64,000 bases of DNA from Carcharhinus amblyrhynchos (taxonomy: Eukaryota), in NCBI GenBank assembly GCA_965287045.1, contig OZ336876.1:2356001-2420000 (forward strand), given 5' to 3'. The position numbers and the translations under genes are program-made. Within the stretch, counting starts at the first letter, position 1; each line of letters begins with the position of its first letter. The notes under the pieces are model-generated. The model made no database searches. It was given only the letters and a program-made list of their open reading frames with translations, and had not been told where the DNA came from. Positions 52,000-64,000 of the stretch are shown one piece after another.

Positions 52000-54900
52000 A
52001 AGGTAGACACAGAAGCCAATGCAACTGAGGGTTGCATTGCTCCTCCTGCGCCCTATGAAAGAACAAGGACTCTTCCTGCGTCCTTAGCTGAGCATTGGAA
52101 TGTAAACAATATGCATTTTGATGATGAAGCCTGAAGTGACCAATAATGCTATGGTTGGATTTGATTGGTGTAACCGAACGATGCAATTGGGGTCCTGATC
52201 AATCCATTAGTTGATTAGCAAGGAACTAATGCAAAGAACTTGTTCAGAAAGGCAGTGTGTAGAACCAGGAAGCCAAGCTCTTCAGAAGAGACAACTTCTG
52301 GAAAGAGAAGAGAAAAAAAGAACGGATTCCATATGGCAGGTAAACCCTGGCCAGGTAAGTGGAAATCAATCTAAAGTTAAGTAAAGTAACAAATATGAGC
52401 ATTTGGTTTATGCATTGTAAATATTTACTGTTGTTTAATCGCTACAAAATAAAAAAAACATTGTGTTTAAAGGTGTAAAGTCAACTGTGTCCCTTTATTC
52501 ACTGCAAAGGTTAAAACACACAGGTTTGGACAAGAGAAATGGCACCCCAGATGCGACCCGATACGTAGTCACTATAAAAATTGCTCTAGGTTGTAATGTT
52601 AAAATGTTTAAATAATTTAGAAGAAAAGTGACGTTTATTCCAGAGAATAAATGCAGTATAGGGGATCCTCGCTAAAACAGGGACTGTTGTAACTCTATAG
52701 CCGGCCGTGAGGCGGGATTGAAGACGTATCTTTTGATAGTTTTGTGGATTGATTCACGTTCCTGATACGTCGGGCGCAAGGAGAGTAGGAAAAAAATTCT
52801 AGCACAAAATAAGTTATTGGGCTATTTTGCCTGTCTTCCTCTCTTAGTTTAATCTAGAAGAAATGGGGAAAATGACCCGGTGTTCGAAATGGAGAGAAAT
52901 GTTCAGTGATTATCGCCATAAAAAATGGCTATGTTAGGTGGAATTTTGTATCTTCAGAGGGTAGGACATCAGTGGGTCACAAATGTTGGAATGTAGGGTG
53001 TCGAACGCAGGGGAAGGGAGCAGATAAAATAAGTGAAGTAACAGCATTTGCCAGTTGTTTGGGGCAGTTACAGGAAAAAAAAGGAAGTTAAGTGAATAAA
53101 TGATGAACTAGAGAATGCAAGTTTAAAAATGAAGCAACGGCGAATAACAATGAAGATGAGAAAGAATGAGTTACACCACGTTGTAGATAAAGAAATAAAG
53201 TGTAGGAGGGTGCTACAATTAAAACGGATAGTATGGAGAAAGAGATGGAATGGCTTCAAGTTAAAGTGGCAAGTTAAGAACAAAGAAATCAAGCAAATGC
53301 GCGGCACTTGGCTCAATTGCAGCTTCAGTGTGAAAAAGTTTATCATGAAAAGCAGCGAGCTATTATTGAAAGGGATGATGTAGAATAAAAAAAAAATCTG
53401 TGTCTTGTTAACAGAGAAATGCACATATCTGCAGGTAGCATTTAACGTTTCACACCAAGTCATTAATGAAAAATAGGTTTCCACAGCTGACCATTCTAAG
53501 TGCCAGCGAGTAATTGAAAAGTTGAAGTCACAATCATCAATGCAGGCATTTGAGAAAGTTGCGGTGAAGAATGAAGATGATGCAGTAGATTAGGGTGTCT
53601 TGCAAGTAGCAACAAATCAATATTTAGAACATCATCAAAATTGGGGACTTCCACATCCTTTACCTGTGGGGCGAACCCTTCAGCACCTCCAGAGCCATCT
53701 CCTGTTCCAATGAATCCGGTAACGACTCAAAGTAGCAGGGGCGATGAGTCTAAGGCAGTTACATATTCAACTCCATTCACGGTAGCACAGTTAGCTGAGA
53801 TAGCTAAGAAAGTTGCTGTATTTAAGTTAGCAGCAGATCCATTTGCGTTGCTCGAAAATATTTGACAGCAGTGAGCGCTTTATGTGTGGGATGAGGTAAA
53901 ACAGGTAAAATTATGTGTACGTTGACTTATTCCAGCTGTGCTGCTTGCATTCCCCGATCCTCAAAGTGTTGGAGTGGGAACTTTGGTGGAAGTAAAAGAA
54001 ACGAGTTTAACTGCAATTGGATATAATAAAGGTCACCCGTTGGAAGGATTGAAAAGCCTTTGCCAGTTGCTTATGAGTCAATTTTCACAATATTTTGGGG
54101 GAATTATAGAGACCGCAGAGAAGGCAAACAGTGCTAAATTGGTACGGATTGCCATAGTGCTCAAGGCCAATGTTTCTGAGGATACTTGTTACATGTTACA
54201 GTATCTTATAGATAGAACACAGTTTATCTTGACGCTCACAGTTTTGACACTTGTGTATCTTATGTCATCCAGATTTTCTCTAACTCTTCTTGGATGGATC
54301 TTTATCACTTTTGTCTTAGCAGTAGTTTCCTATTGTTGCTTCTCACCAGAATTCGTTCATACTTTTCCTTTTCATCTTGGGATATTTTGTTGTCATCTAT
54401 AGAGATGATAATGCTTAGTAAATGTTCCTAGTAGTAAAAACAGATCATTTGAAATATTTATCAATATTCCAATGTAAAAAACTAGGGTTAATTTCTATTT
54501 AAACCAAATCTGTTCCAACAGGAAGATAAATCCATTAGTCTCTAAATAAGAGCAGGATCTAATATAAACTGTATATAACAGTAGGTACTGCCTTGATCTG
54601 TTGGAGACGGAATGACTTTATTTCCGTGGGAATTGCACTTCTGATTTTGCTGAATGATGTGGAGTCGTCACAATCGGTATCTTACGACAGCTATAACGAA
54701 GGACAACTGGGAGACTTATTGTTTATTCCTTCGAATGCAGCATAGTGCGAAGATAGACATTTATGGGTGAATCAGATACAACAGTTACGTATGGATGTCT
54801 ATGCATGTTTAAATATGAGTTTACGGTGCAGTGGTGTAATTAAATCCATTGTGCTGTGTTTCCGTTTATAAGAGGCTTAATTATGTCACGGCGTGCAACA

Positions 54901-56950
54901 TATTTTAATGGCACCTGTGCCCTATTTACAATGTTATGTAGAATCTATACACCTCGAGATGAGATTAGTAGAATTAAAATACCAACACAATTTCTGATAA
55001 GCATGAACATGTGATTGTAATGGGGTTCATTATGCAGATAATGATCATTTTAAATATCAACTACGTTGGAGAGTTAAATCTACCTCTTCAGTATATTATT
55101 CGGCATGTGGTACACCTGAATTTGAACCTGAATTTTACTCAGCTACATCATATCCACCAGTGGTATACTCTTGTTCTGTGTCTCCTTTTGGGTCACAAAA
55201 TGGTTTAGTAATAATAGATAATAACCGAATATTGCACGATTATATTGACCAGTTGTATTGGATTTCAGCAAAATACATTTACCTGATTGGTGTTCCTCTC
55301 AACTTCGGGAGTTTCTTTTTTACTTAACACAGATATTATTCATTCAATAAGTGACAAATGGGGATCAGGGATAGCTTAGTGATTCAAAAGGTTGCCAGAA
55401 GGGGGAGTTAATGAATGATGTGTCAACTGCTTACAGTGCAGGAGTGTCCCCGGTTCAAATCAAGTCACTCCTGATTTGATAAATCTGGACTTTAAACTTC
55501 AAACATTAACATGGCAGGTTAAACAAGTAATGGATAAATTAATTAACAATAATCACAACTCTGTATCAGGACCATCGTTATTATAGAGTGCTAATAAATA
55601 TATGGTGACTGCTAGAAGGACATGCTAAAGCCATTATTCAAATTACTTAACATAAGGCGATTGACGAAAGGAAGCAGCAGAATAGAACTTTGTGTAGTGT
55701 TCATGAGAATCGGATCTCCAAGCAACTTAGGAAAAAAAAGAACAAGCTAATCAAGGGAAGGTCACTTCCTGGAATAGTAGTGTACAGTTAGATTATCTGA
55801 GTCACAGACGGGGACATCCTAATGTGTCCCGATGCCAATTTTGATAATTAGTTCATGCTTGGTTTGAGGAACACTGTGATGGAAAGTTAGCAAAATGTTA
55901 GGATTAATACCGGGGATGCCAATGATTGCAATGGGTTCAGTGGAATTGAAGTATTGGAGGTACAGAACATCGTTATCATTATGAATGGTAGGTGGATGGG
56001 ACATGATCGCGCTATATCTCCTGTTGTAGAAAAAGAGGGAAATTTGGTGGGTACTACTGTAAGGGAATGCCAACAATGGGGAAGTATAATTGTTCGTCCA
56101 TATCCCATTTATTCAAACAAAGAGGCTTCGTGAGGGTTTGAAGTTCATGACAAATTACGTTCTACAATGGACGTTAGGCGTCAAGATACAGGCATCACCA
56201 AAGTAGCTTAGCGACAAAAAAGTGAATATTCCATTACTTTCCCATTAGACCATTATCAGCCTCGAGATTTGGTTTGTAACATCACGCACTTGCTTTTGTG
56301 TTACTCCACAAATACCAGAGATAATAGGCTATTTTGAATTGGTTCAAATGCACCAAAGAAAAAAAAAATAAAACAGATGAACTAATACACACTTTAGGTG
56401 GATATCTTGAGCAATATAATGCAACTATCAACCCATAATCTGAACACTTGAAGTATATGAGAACACGCTTGGGCACTGCTTCTCAAATTTTCATTCAAGT
56501 GAAACAAAGTTCTAAAAAGTATTGTTCAGGATATCTTGAACTTAAAGGAAACGAGTTCGTAGGATGATTTCTGGAATTGAGGTTTGTTATCGGACAACAG
56601 ATTTTATGAAATTGGGTGCACAAAATGGAAGCAAACTAAAGCTATCCTCAGAGCCCTCCACTAAAATCACAAAGTAACAGACATTGATCAGGAGGCAAGA
56701 GCATGCTTTTAGAATGCAAATGAGGGCTAGCACATCAGGGAAATTGGACAGGATGGCACCTACAGGAACTAAATTAAAGAACACATCCCCACCCCATCAA
56801 AATCAGCACTTCTAAACCAGTCAAACAACCCATCGAGACACCTAAAATTAACACAGTTAAGGAAGTGTCCCTGGCCCCTCAAACCTCTAACACACCTATG
56901 GTTCAAACCTCAGAGATTCTACAACATTGATAACCAGCCTGACAAAAACG
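52000..56950 (+). mobile_element. Decayed env-bearing LTR element / endogenous retrovirus-like remnant (PBS, gag-like, env-like; no pol recognised)
   Basis: AATAAA near 52448 then PBS at 52540; coiled-coil and PSAPP...PFTVAQL...ADPF gag-like 52900-54150; env-like heptad and Cys-containing pieces 55380-56500. Confidence 0.55.
52540..52557 (+). promoter_or_regulatory. Primer binding site complementary to the tRNA-Arg(CCT) 3' end
   Basis: tggcaccccagatgcgac vs recalled consensus TGGCACCCCAGATGGGAC (17/18). Confidence 0.7.
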
Positions 56951-57811
56951 ATTAACACACACTTAAAACAATTGTTCCAACACTCGAAAACATTGAAACA
57001 GGATGGCTGAAGTCAAATATTGTAAATAAATGATTAGCATTTGAAACGTGAAGTTCAGGTATAACTGTAGCCCCTTGTGGGGGAGTCTTTAGAGGACTTT
57101 CGGGACAGTCCGATTGTATGTCCTGACTGTGCTTCTCCGTCGACGTAACGAAAATAAAGCTGTGCCGTTATTGAACTTCACCCTGAGTCCGTAGCGGTCG
57201 TTACGCCTACTCGCGCTAACACTGTCATTCCAGATGAGCTCAGAACACACAAGAGTTGGAGTGATAAGTGACTGGGTTTCTTGCTCCAGCTGGCGGTAGT
57301 TCAAATCAGGCTGGTTTGATTGAAGCAGAGGCATGGAGGAAATCAGCTGATTCCTCATAGTTAAAGCAATAACGTAGACGTTAATATGTCAGAGCCTAAA
57401 ATATGGATAAGTGCTTTGGCAGCTTAAACACAGCCATCTATTATTGTTAGACAGCAATAATATCACAAGGCGAAGGTTCGTGAGTATTAGTGCAACCAAA
57501 ATAACAGAGTAAAGAGTGCTTCAGGCTTCTCATTGTGATGATACTGTGGTATTTTGATATATTTTACGTTCAACTTGGAACAGCTTTAAGAGACAATATT
57601 GTGTTACAAGAGGCAACTTGTTTGGAAAAATATGCATCATAAATTCTGTGAATGCATGGAAGCGACTGATTTCAGCAAGGAATGTGTGATTTTGTAGAGT
57701 TACTTGATCCTGTATTTTCTTACATAGTCCTGGGATTTTCGATTAATGCGAGGAGCGAAGCTTTATGGAAAGAAGTTTCATTTGCATTTTACAATGTGGA
57801 CCATTTTTGAT

Positions 57812-57991
57812 NNNNNNNNNNNNNNNNNNNNNNNNNNNNNNNNNNNNNNNNNNNNNNNNNNNNNNNNNNNNNNNNNNNNNNNNNNNNNNNNNNNNNNNNN
57901 NNNNNNNNNNNNNNNNNNNNNNNNNNNNNNNNNNNNNNNNNNNNNNNNNNNNNNNNNNNNNNNNNNNNNNNNNNNNNNNNNNNNNNNNNNN
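57812..57991. other. Assembly gap
   Basis: Run of N. Confidence 1.
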
Positions 57992-58375
57992 GTTTCTTTC
58001 TTCCTCTCCATGACTTTGTCTGTCTCATGAGACTTGTTTTGAAAGCTCCAAAGCTGTTGACCTAAGTCAAAGCTCGTATGCCTCTGGCTAAAGACTTATA
58101 AGTAGTGCCCTAACTCTAAAGAGAAATGTTGCTCTATTGGAAGTAATAGTGATAGCTTCGCAGTTTATTTTATCGTGTCATGTTTAATTATTATCCAATT
58201 ATTAAAAGTTAAACCAGTTAGTTTGTTATGGTTAAATTAAGTTTTTCAGAACAATTGCGCCTGCAGTCGAATATCATATCCTTACACTAATGGGGCCAAA
58301 TCCGATTTCCTAATATGCCTTGGTGTTTCTGATTTGGAACCTTAACATTGTGTATATTTTTGTTTCCAATTTGTA

Positions 58376-58377
<2 letters not shown>

Positions 58378-58444
<67 letters not shown>
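58378..58444. repeat. (TG)n microsatellite
   Basis: Perfect GT repeat of about 33 units. Confidence 0.97.
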
Positions 58445-58446
<2 letters not shown>

Positions 58447-59977
58447 TTGTGGATATCAGTGAGTGGCTGCGTAAATTTGCTCGTGTGTGTATCTCGATGC
58501 GTGTCTGTTGAGCTCTGCCTGCATGGGTTTTTGTTTTGTGCCTGTGCGTGCGTCTATATGTGCCTGATTCCGTGTGTGTTTGAGTAGTCCATGCTTGGTC
58601 GCATTTAAGCATTTCTGTATTTGTTTGTTTGCTTCTCCGTGTGTGTGTTTGTGGTTAAATCATTTGGTCGAACAATGTTCAGTAAATCCAGTCCTGAGAA
58701 CTAATCTGCTTCCATTTCAATACCCTGGGGGTCACTTGCACAGGATAAAGTCATGCATCAACAAAATCACTGAACAAAAACCTAAAGAAGAGTGTTTCTT
58801 ATTGCACTGATACTTGTTTCACTGTTACTTATTTGGGACCTGGTCCTGGAAATTCAGACTACGAATCTGGAATCCATGCTGTCTCTGCCCAGAACAGACA
58901 CATCAGTCTCAGTCCACGGCTCAACGCTACAGCCTCGCAGAATTATTTCTTTCCCGCATCAATCAAACTTTCCATTTAAAATAGTCAATGCTTCCACTTC
59001 TGGCACCCACCCATGCAACTAATTCCGCATAATTTTTACTCACTGCCGAAGAGAAGTTCCTTCTTACATGCTGCACAAAACCGTCAATCCAACTAATCCT
59101 TGTCCCATTCGTAAATGGGAATAATTCTTCCTTGTTGACTTCATCGAAAAATATTATCATCTTGTCTAGCTTTATCAAACTCCCCTGAACCTCTTACGAA
59201 GGGTCATCTAAACTCCAAAATTTGGTTCTATTCCGTCCCCAAAGATGTTGTCAGACCTGCTAATATTTTTTAGGATTTTTTTTCTTTGGTCCCTTCAAAC
59301 CTCCTCGCTTCAAGGCGAACATCCCCGGCTTCTCTGATCCTAACGTTGTAACTGAAACAGCCTCATCACTGCAACCATTTTGTTATACGTCTATTCTAAT
59401 ATTTTTCTGTGCACTTCGGTTCAAATCTGGTTGGTAATCACTCCTGTGGATGTTTCTGTTGTGATTTTTTTTGTGTTCACAATGATTTTTAAATGCACGT
59501 TGTTGTTGTGGACAATTATTCAGCCACACATACTATGTATTATGCAGTGTTACTGCTCAACTGAACAGTTAGATTTACTCTCCAAATCCGAAACTCAACA
59601 AGAGGAATAAGAATTGTGCCCTAATATAACTTGTCTGAACTGCCTCTGTCCTGATGCATTTATTTTAATCTAACAAGGGAACTTTAGTCTTTGAATGTAA
59701 TCATATTTGATTTACAGTGATTTTTTTTTTTACTGCATTCATTTCAATCGGAAGTTCTCGTCTCTCCCTTCCTTCAGGTGATATTTGAGCTGTCAGTTAA
59801 ATATTGGAGATGGCAAACTAAGCCGTGTTTAGCTGTGCTGTTCCAGCTGAACGCGCTATCATCATCATTTCATTGACTATTCACTGTCCAGTGTTGGAAA
59901 TTTGACATTTTGGTGTCGAAACGTTCACATCAATATTTCACTCTGAGTTACACAAAACACAATTTTATTTCTTTAAC

Positions 59978-60000
59978 TGTGGTGACCAGCTCACTTCCTC
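59978..60000 (+). promoter_or_regulatory. Candidate hematopoietic promoter module: RUNX site TGTGGT and PU.1/ETS site CACTTCCTC
   Basis: Adjacent consensus motifs about 120-140 nt upstream of a Kozak ATG (gaaccATGG). Confidence 0.4.
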
Positions 60001-60120
60001 CCGATCTCGGTCTCCTCGCTTATTCAACGTTTCCTTAGATGAAACTTAGAGTTTTGACAGAAAAGACGCAGCTGCTGTCCCTTCCAGCTCTGATATCTCG
60101 AAGTGTCTTCAAATAGAACC

Positions 60121-60158
60121 ATGGAGACAGGCACCGTGTTACTGCTGTTTTATGAGTC
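60121..60158 (+). CDS. Candidate leader exon of a downstream gene (METGTVLLLFYES)
   Basis: Strong Kozak context, hydrophobic core, donor |gtaaga; possible partner mini-exon 60571-60615. Confidence 0.4.
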
Positions 60159-60281
60159 GTAAGAAAATATTTATCAATGAGCCACAATCCAGTGTCTGTG
60201 CTGTAACTGAACCGGCAATGAACAGGCAAAGAGATAATGGGAGGACGAGGAGAGACAGAGGGAGAAAAAAAGAGGCAGAGA

Positions 60282-60412
60282 NNNNNNNNNNNNNNNNNNN
60301 NNNNNNNNNNNNNNNNNNNNNNNNNNNNNNNNNNNNNNNNNNNNNNNNNNNNNNNNNNNNNNNNNNNNNNNNNNNNNNNNNNNNNNNNNNNNNNNNNNNN
60401 NNNNNNNNNNNN
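60282..60412. other. Assembly gap in an AG-rich repeat
   Basis: Run of N. Confidence 1.
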
Positions 60413-61919
60413 ATACAGAGAGAGAGGGTAATTTCACTTATTTCAGTGGATGGAAGCAACACCGAGTTTTCTGTGGAAAATATTCGATCGGATTGTGGGT
60501 GCAGAAATTTGACTGTTAGTTTCTGTATCAGCAACAGTGAGGGAGGGTTTTTCTTTCTCACTTTTTCAAGAGTTCAGGGGTTTGAGGACAGGAAGCAGAG
60601 AGAATTTCTAACGCTGTGAGTGAGCTCCTGCTCCATGTTGGAAATTGTTGATCAGTGGATGTGCACTGAGGCCAGCCCCAGCTTACAATTTGTTATAATA
60701 CTGTTTAGATCTCACACTCAAACATCAACATCTAATGATGTGGATTGCTGAAGGGCCGAGCGGGTGTACATCTTCTGGCGTGAAGGAGAGTCTTCAGGAG
60801 AATTGAAGAGAACTAAAGGAGATTCGACATATTAATAATCATTGAATATTGTTGTAAATAATCATTGTTCCGTTTCGACGTGGATACTGTGCTGACTGCA
60901 GGGGGTGGGCTTTTTAATTATGAAAACCACAATTCTGCCTAACTGGCCCTTCTTTGCAACGTGTTGCAGCCGTTGCTGTTCTCGACAATGGAAACTAATT
61001 ACTTTCTTTAGCCTATATGCCAATCCAATTTGAAAACCACGCCAAATTGCAGTTGTTTTCTGGCATTTCTTTCTGTGTGCAGCCAGGACACAGAAAGCTT
61101 TATGTTGAATAATTCACACATGCTGCAGATCTCAGAATTTAATTCAAATTAAAACACAAAATGCAACCTAAATATATACTGGTTACGTGAGTTGGTCACG
61201 CTAAATTCTCCCTCAGTGTACCTGAACAGGCGCCACAGTGTGGAGACTAGCGAATTTTCACAGCAACTTCACTGCATTGTGAACGTAAGCCTGCTTGTGA
61301 ATAATAAATCAAATTTGCTTTACTTTATTTCCATTGTGTCATCCTGTCGCTAGGCATGAGCAAAGTTGCACAGTTAATGTCTCAGATAAAAAAAAAATGT
61401 TTTTCGTGCTAACCCGCCAAAGGCCGTCAGTACAGTAAAAGATGGGGAAATGCAGAGTGTCTAGAATCCCGTTCCACATCCCCCACACCCGCACATGGAC
61501 ACACAAGATGTCCATTGGAATGTTTGTAGCTTTTGGAGGATCTGGATTGGATGAAGAAAATGATCAATTGTTGGCTCGGTATCCATTGGAGGGTTTGCAT
61601 CAGTTTGACTGTCTGTATGATTGCAGCATCTGTGACGCAGGACAGTCCATGCCGGCAGGAAGTTTGTTATATTTTGGGAGGGTCTGTGCTGCTGGAGGGG
61701 TGGGGGTGGGGGTATTATGATTCACGGAACTATGGATTGAACATACTGGTTGAAGTATTTGTGCTAAATTATATCAGTTTTAGGAGCATGTTTTTTTGCA
61801 TTCAATAGAGATGTCTCATCAGCTGGCCGTATTCAGTTTGCTTAAGAAACTACATACGTTGAATTCTGCAAATAAAAACAGTAAAAACAAATTCAGATCA
61901 AACACATCGCAGAATGTCC

Positions 61920-63135
61920 ACAGTTAAAGGGGATATGGATATCTCTGAGACCATAAGGGTAGCCCGGTTAGGGACATCCTTAATTTTTGAAGAAAGACAA
62001 TTGATGAAGGTCATGATAGAAACAATATGATCTCGAGATGCAACTACTAGTGTTTAAGTGGTCAGTACCTTTAGTAGAAAAATACCACTTCTAATTTTCC
62101 AGTATTCAAAGTGATTTTTCTTTTAGTCGTTTGAACTTGGCAATTAAATCTCAAAAATAAATATATTTTGCCACTTGTGTCATATGTCATATGTTTCCAT
62201 CATCTTTACAGATGTTGCCACATCAATGTCCCCGAGGTGATCCCAAAGGGAAATTGAGGCATTGGGAATGCATTAATTCAGAGTTTAACACAAAGACATT
62301 GCCTGCAATAAGAAAGGACACAGTCCTTCACAATGAAAACGCTTATGCAAATTCAAAAAGCAGAGAGAATACTCTGCACACTTCTTACCATTATTGGTGT
62401 ACCTGGTAAGTGACGAGAACCATTAAATTCATATAAATCTGTGATGCAGCTACTCTCGTTTAACTCTCTGGCTGGTAACTTGATATGCTGACGTATTGGA
62501 CAGCAGTAGACAGTCATCCAATTGATGATATTATTTCCTGATGAAAAATGTCTTGAATTATCGCTATAGATTTGTTCCATTTCCTCAAATGATAATAAAA
62601 TTGTTTGTAACTCGCAGGACCTACATTATCAAGTTCTTGCTTCATGTGGAAGATTATGTAAACTAAATGATACGATCGTGAAGTTTCTCAAGGAAGGCAT
62701 CAGGTGATGGGACAGTAAAATCACATTTAAGCATCACTTCGTGTTGATTTTTACGGGTTGAGTGTCAGTAACCAATATGGGATACCTAACCCCAGTTACT
62801 ATTTATTGTTGGAATTTTCTGTCAGTGTAGAATTGCAGATTGAGTGCGTCAGTCACCAAAGTGCAACATCTGACCGAAGGAACCTTTGTTTCTGGAAATA
62901 TCTGTCGGGGTAGAGTTACATTGCTAATGGAGCACTCACAAGTAGAATCATTGATCCCGGTGGCCTTGCGTCACTGGAAATATCTTTCAGCGCAAATTTC
63001 TGTTGTGGGGGTCAATCGTCACTGGAACATTTGACCCCAGTGACCGTAAATGATTGGATCTGTCAATGCAGAATTTTATTATGTGTGCGTCAGTCACAAG
63101 TTGAATATTCTACCCCAGTGACAATCCATTACTGG
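61920..63135 (+). repeat. Copy B of the duplicated ~1.2 kb segment
   Basis: Colinear with 39370-40600, including degenerate ctggaaatatct/gtcagtcac sub-repeats. Confidence 0.85.
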
Positions 63136-64000
63136 TTGTATATGTGTGGATTTTAATGTATATGGCTAACTAACCGAAATAAAATTAGTCCGTTTCTTTT
63201 TTTTTTGAAGTGATGTTTACATTGAAAAGTGGAAGAATGTTATTGTAGGAAGAAAATGATTTGTAATGAATGCACAAAGTGAAATGTCTCGAAATTCCCA
63301 CTGAACTCCTCCACTAGAAATTTCTGGTATTTCTGCAGCCGCTCAGGACAATCATGTATCCCTATCCTGACTATTTTTTTACTATTTTCAACTCATGGTC
63401 CTCTGGGAATGAACTTCAGTGATCCGTTTCTAACTACGAAGGTTAACCTGTGTGGCTGTTCCTAACATTTTCGGAATCTGTTTCCTAAACTCATCGATAA
63501 AGTTCAGGCACTATTTTTTTCCAAAAAAAAACAAAATAAACAAATTATTCTGAACAAAATGCAGCACCTGAAGCTTAACTATAGTAAGATTAGTTCTCTG
63601 TTGAAATTTTCACTATAAATGTCTATTAATTATTATTCATGTGTCTACATATGTTGTTTTAATCTTCGTCTCTTTTCGCTTTGCCTTCAGTTTAGGTTCG
63701 TCTGTTGATCTCATACGTTTTACATTTTCTAATCCCATACCGTATTTTTAATTCGTGAAACACAGGGACTCGGTGCCTGATCCCACTTGAACACAACTTC
63801 CCACCTTCCAGAAACCTTGTATATCCGTTAATCGATGCTGACACTTTTGTTTTGTTTTTGTACCCGTTTCCTGTCCATTCTTATGTTTCCCCCCGAAATC
63901 CACTTGTTTTTAGATTAGTCACGAGTCTGTTGTGTTGCACCATATCGAAAGCTTTAGAAAATCATGTCTCTTAGCATCTACTGTGTAAAAAAAATCGCTT

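Noticed and set aside
57000-58300. 3' LTR of the ERV-like element
   Set aside because: LTR-like features (AATAAA; a short match to the 30.5 kb LTR) but no clear match to the sequence before the 52540 PBS, and interrupted by a gap

Overview
Eukaryotic, repeat-rich, AT-biased genomic DNA, most likely a cartilaginous fish (shark). The inference rests on HE1/V-SINE-like SINEs, CR1 LINEs with (TTCTATG)/(TTCTTATG)n tails and Penelope-like elements. The main feature is a + strand multi-exon gene (about 6.9-38.9 kb) for a type I immunoglobulin-superfamily receptor of leukocyte-receptor-complex style (LILR/CHIR/OSCAR/LITR-like). It has two candidate leader exons, four phase 1-1 C2-type Ig exons, a TM exon with an intramembrane Arg, and small cytoplasmic exons. 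These assemble the ITIM VTYAVL across a splice junction, and a distal terminal exon carries a second ITIM (IIYGVV) followed by AATAAA. The gene has splice anomalies: a GC-type donor after Ig3 and a GA where a GT donor is expected before the last ITIM exon. A decayed Gmr1-like Gypsy element (INT before RT) fills the last intron. Downstream are decayed Ig-like exons on both strands, an env-bearing ERV-like remnant with a tRNA-Arg PBS, a duplicated 1.2 kb segment and a candidate RUNX/PU.1 promoter plus leader exons of a next gene. Together these suggest a birth-and-death immune receptor cluster. Exon boundaries were read by eye from splice signals and frame, and repeat boundaries are approximate.
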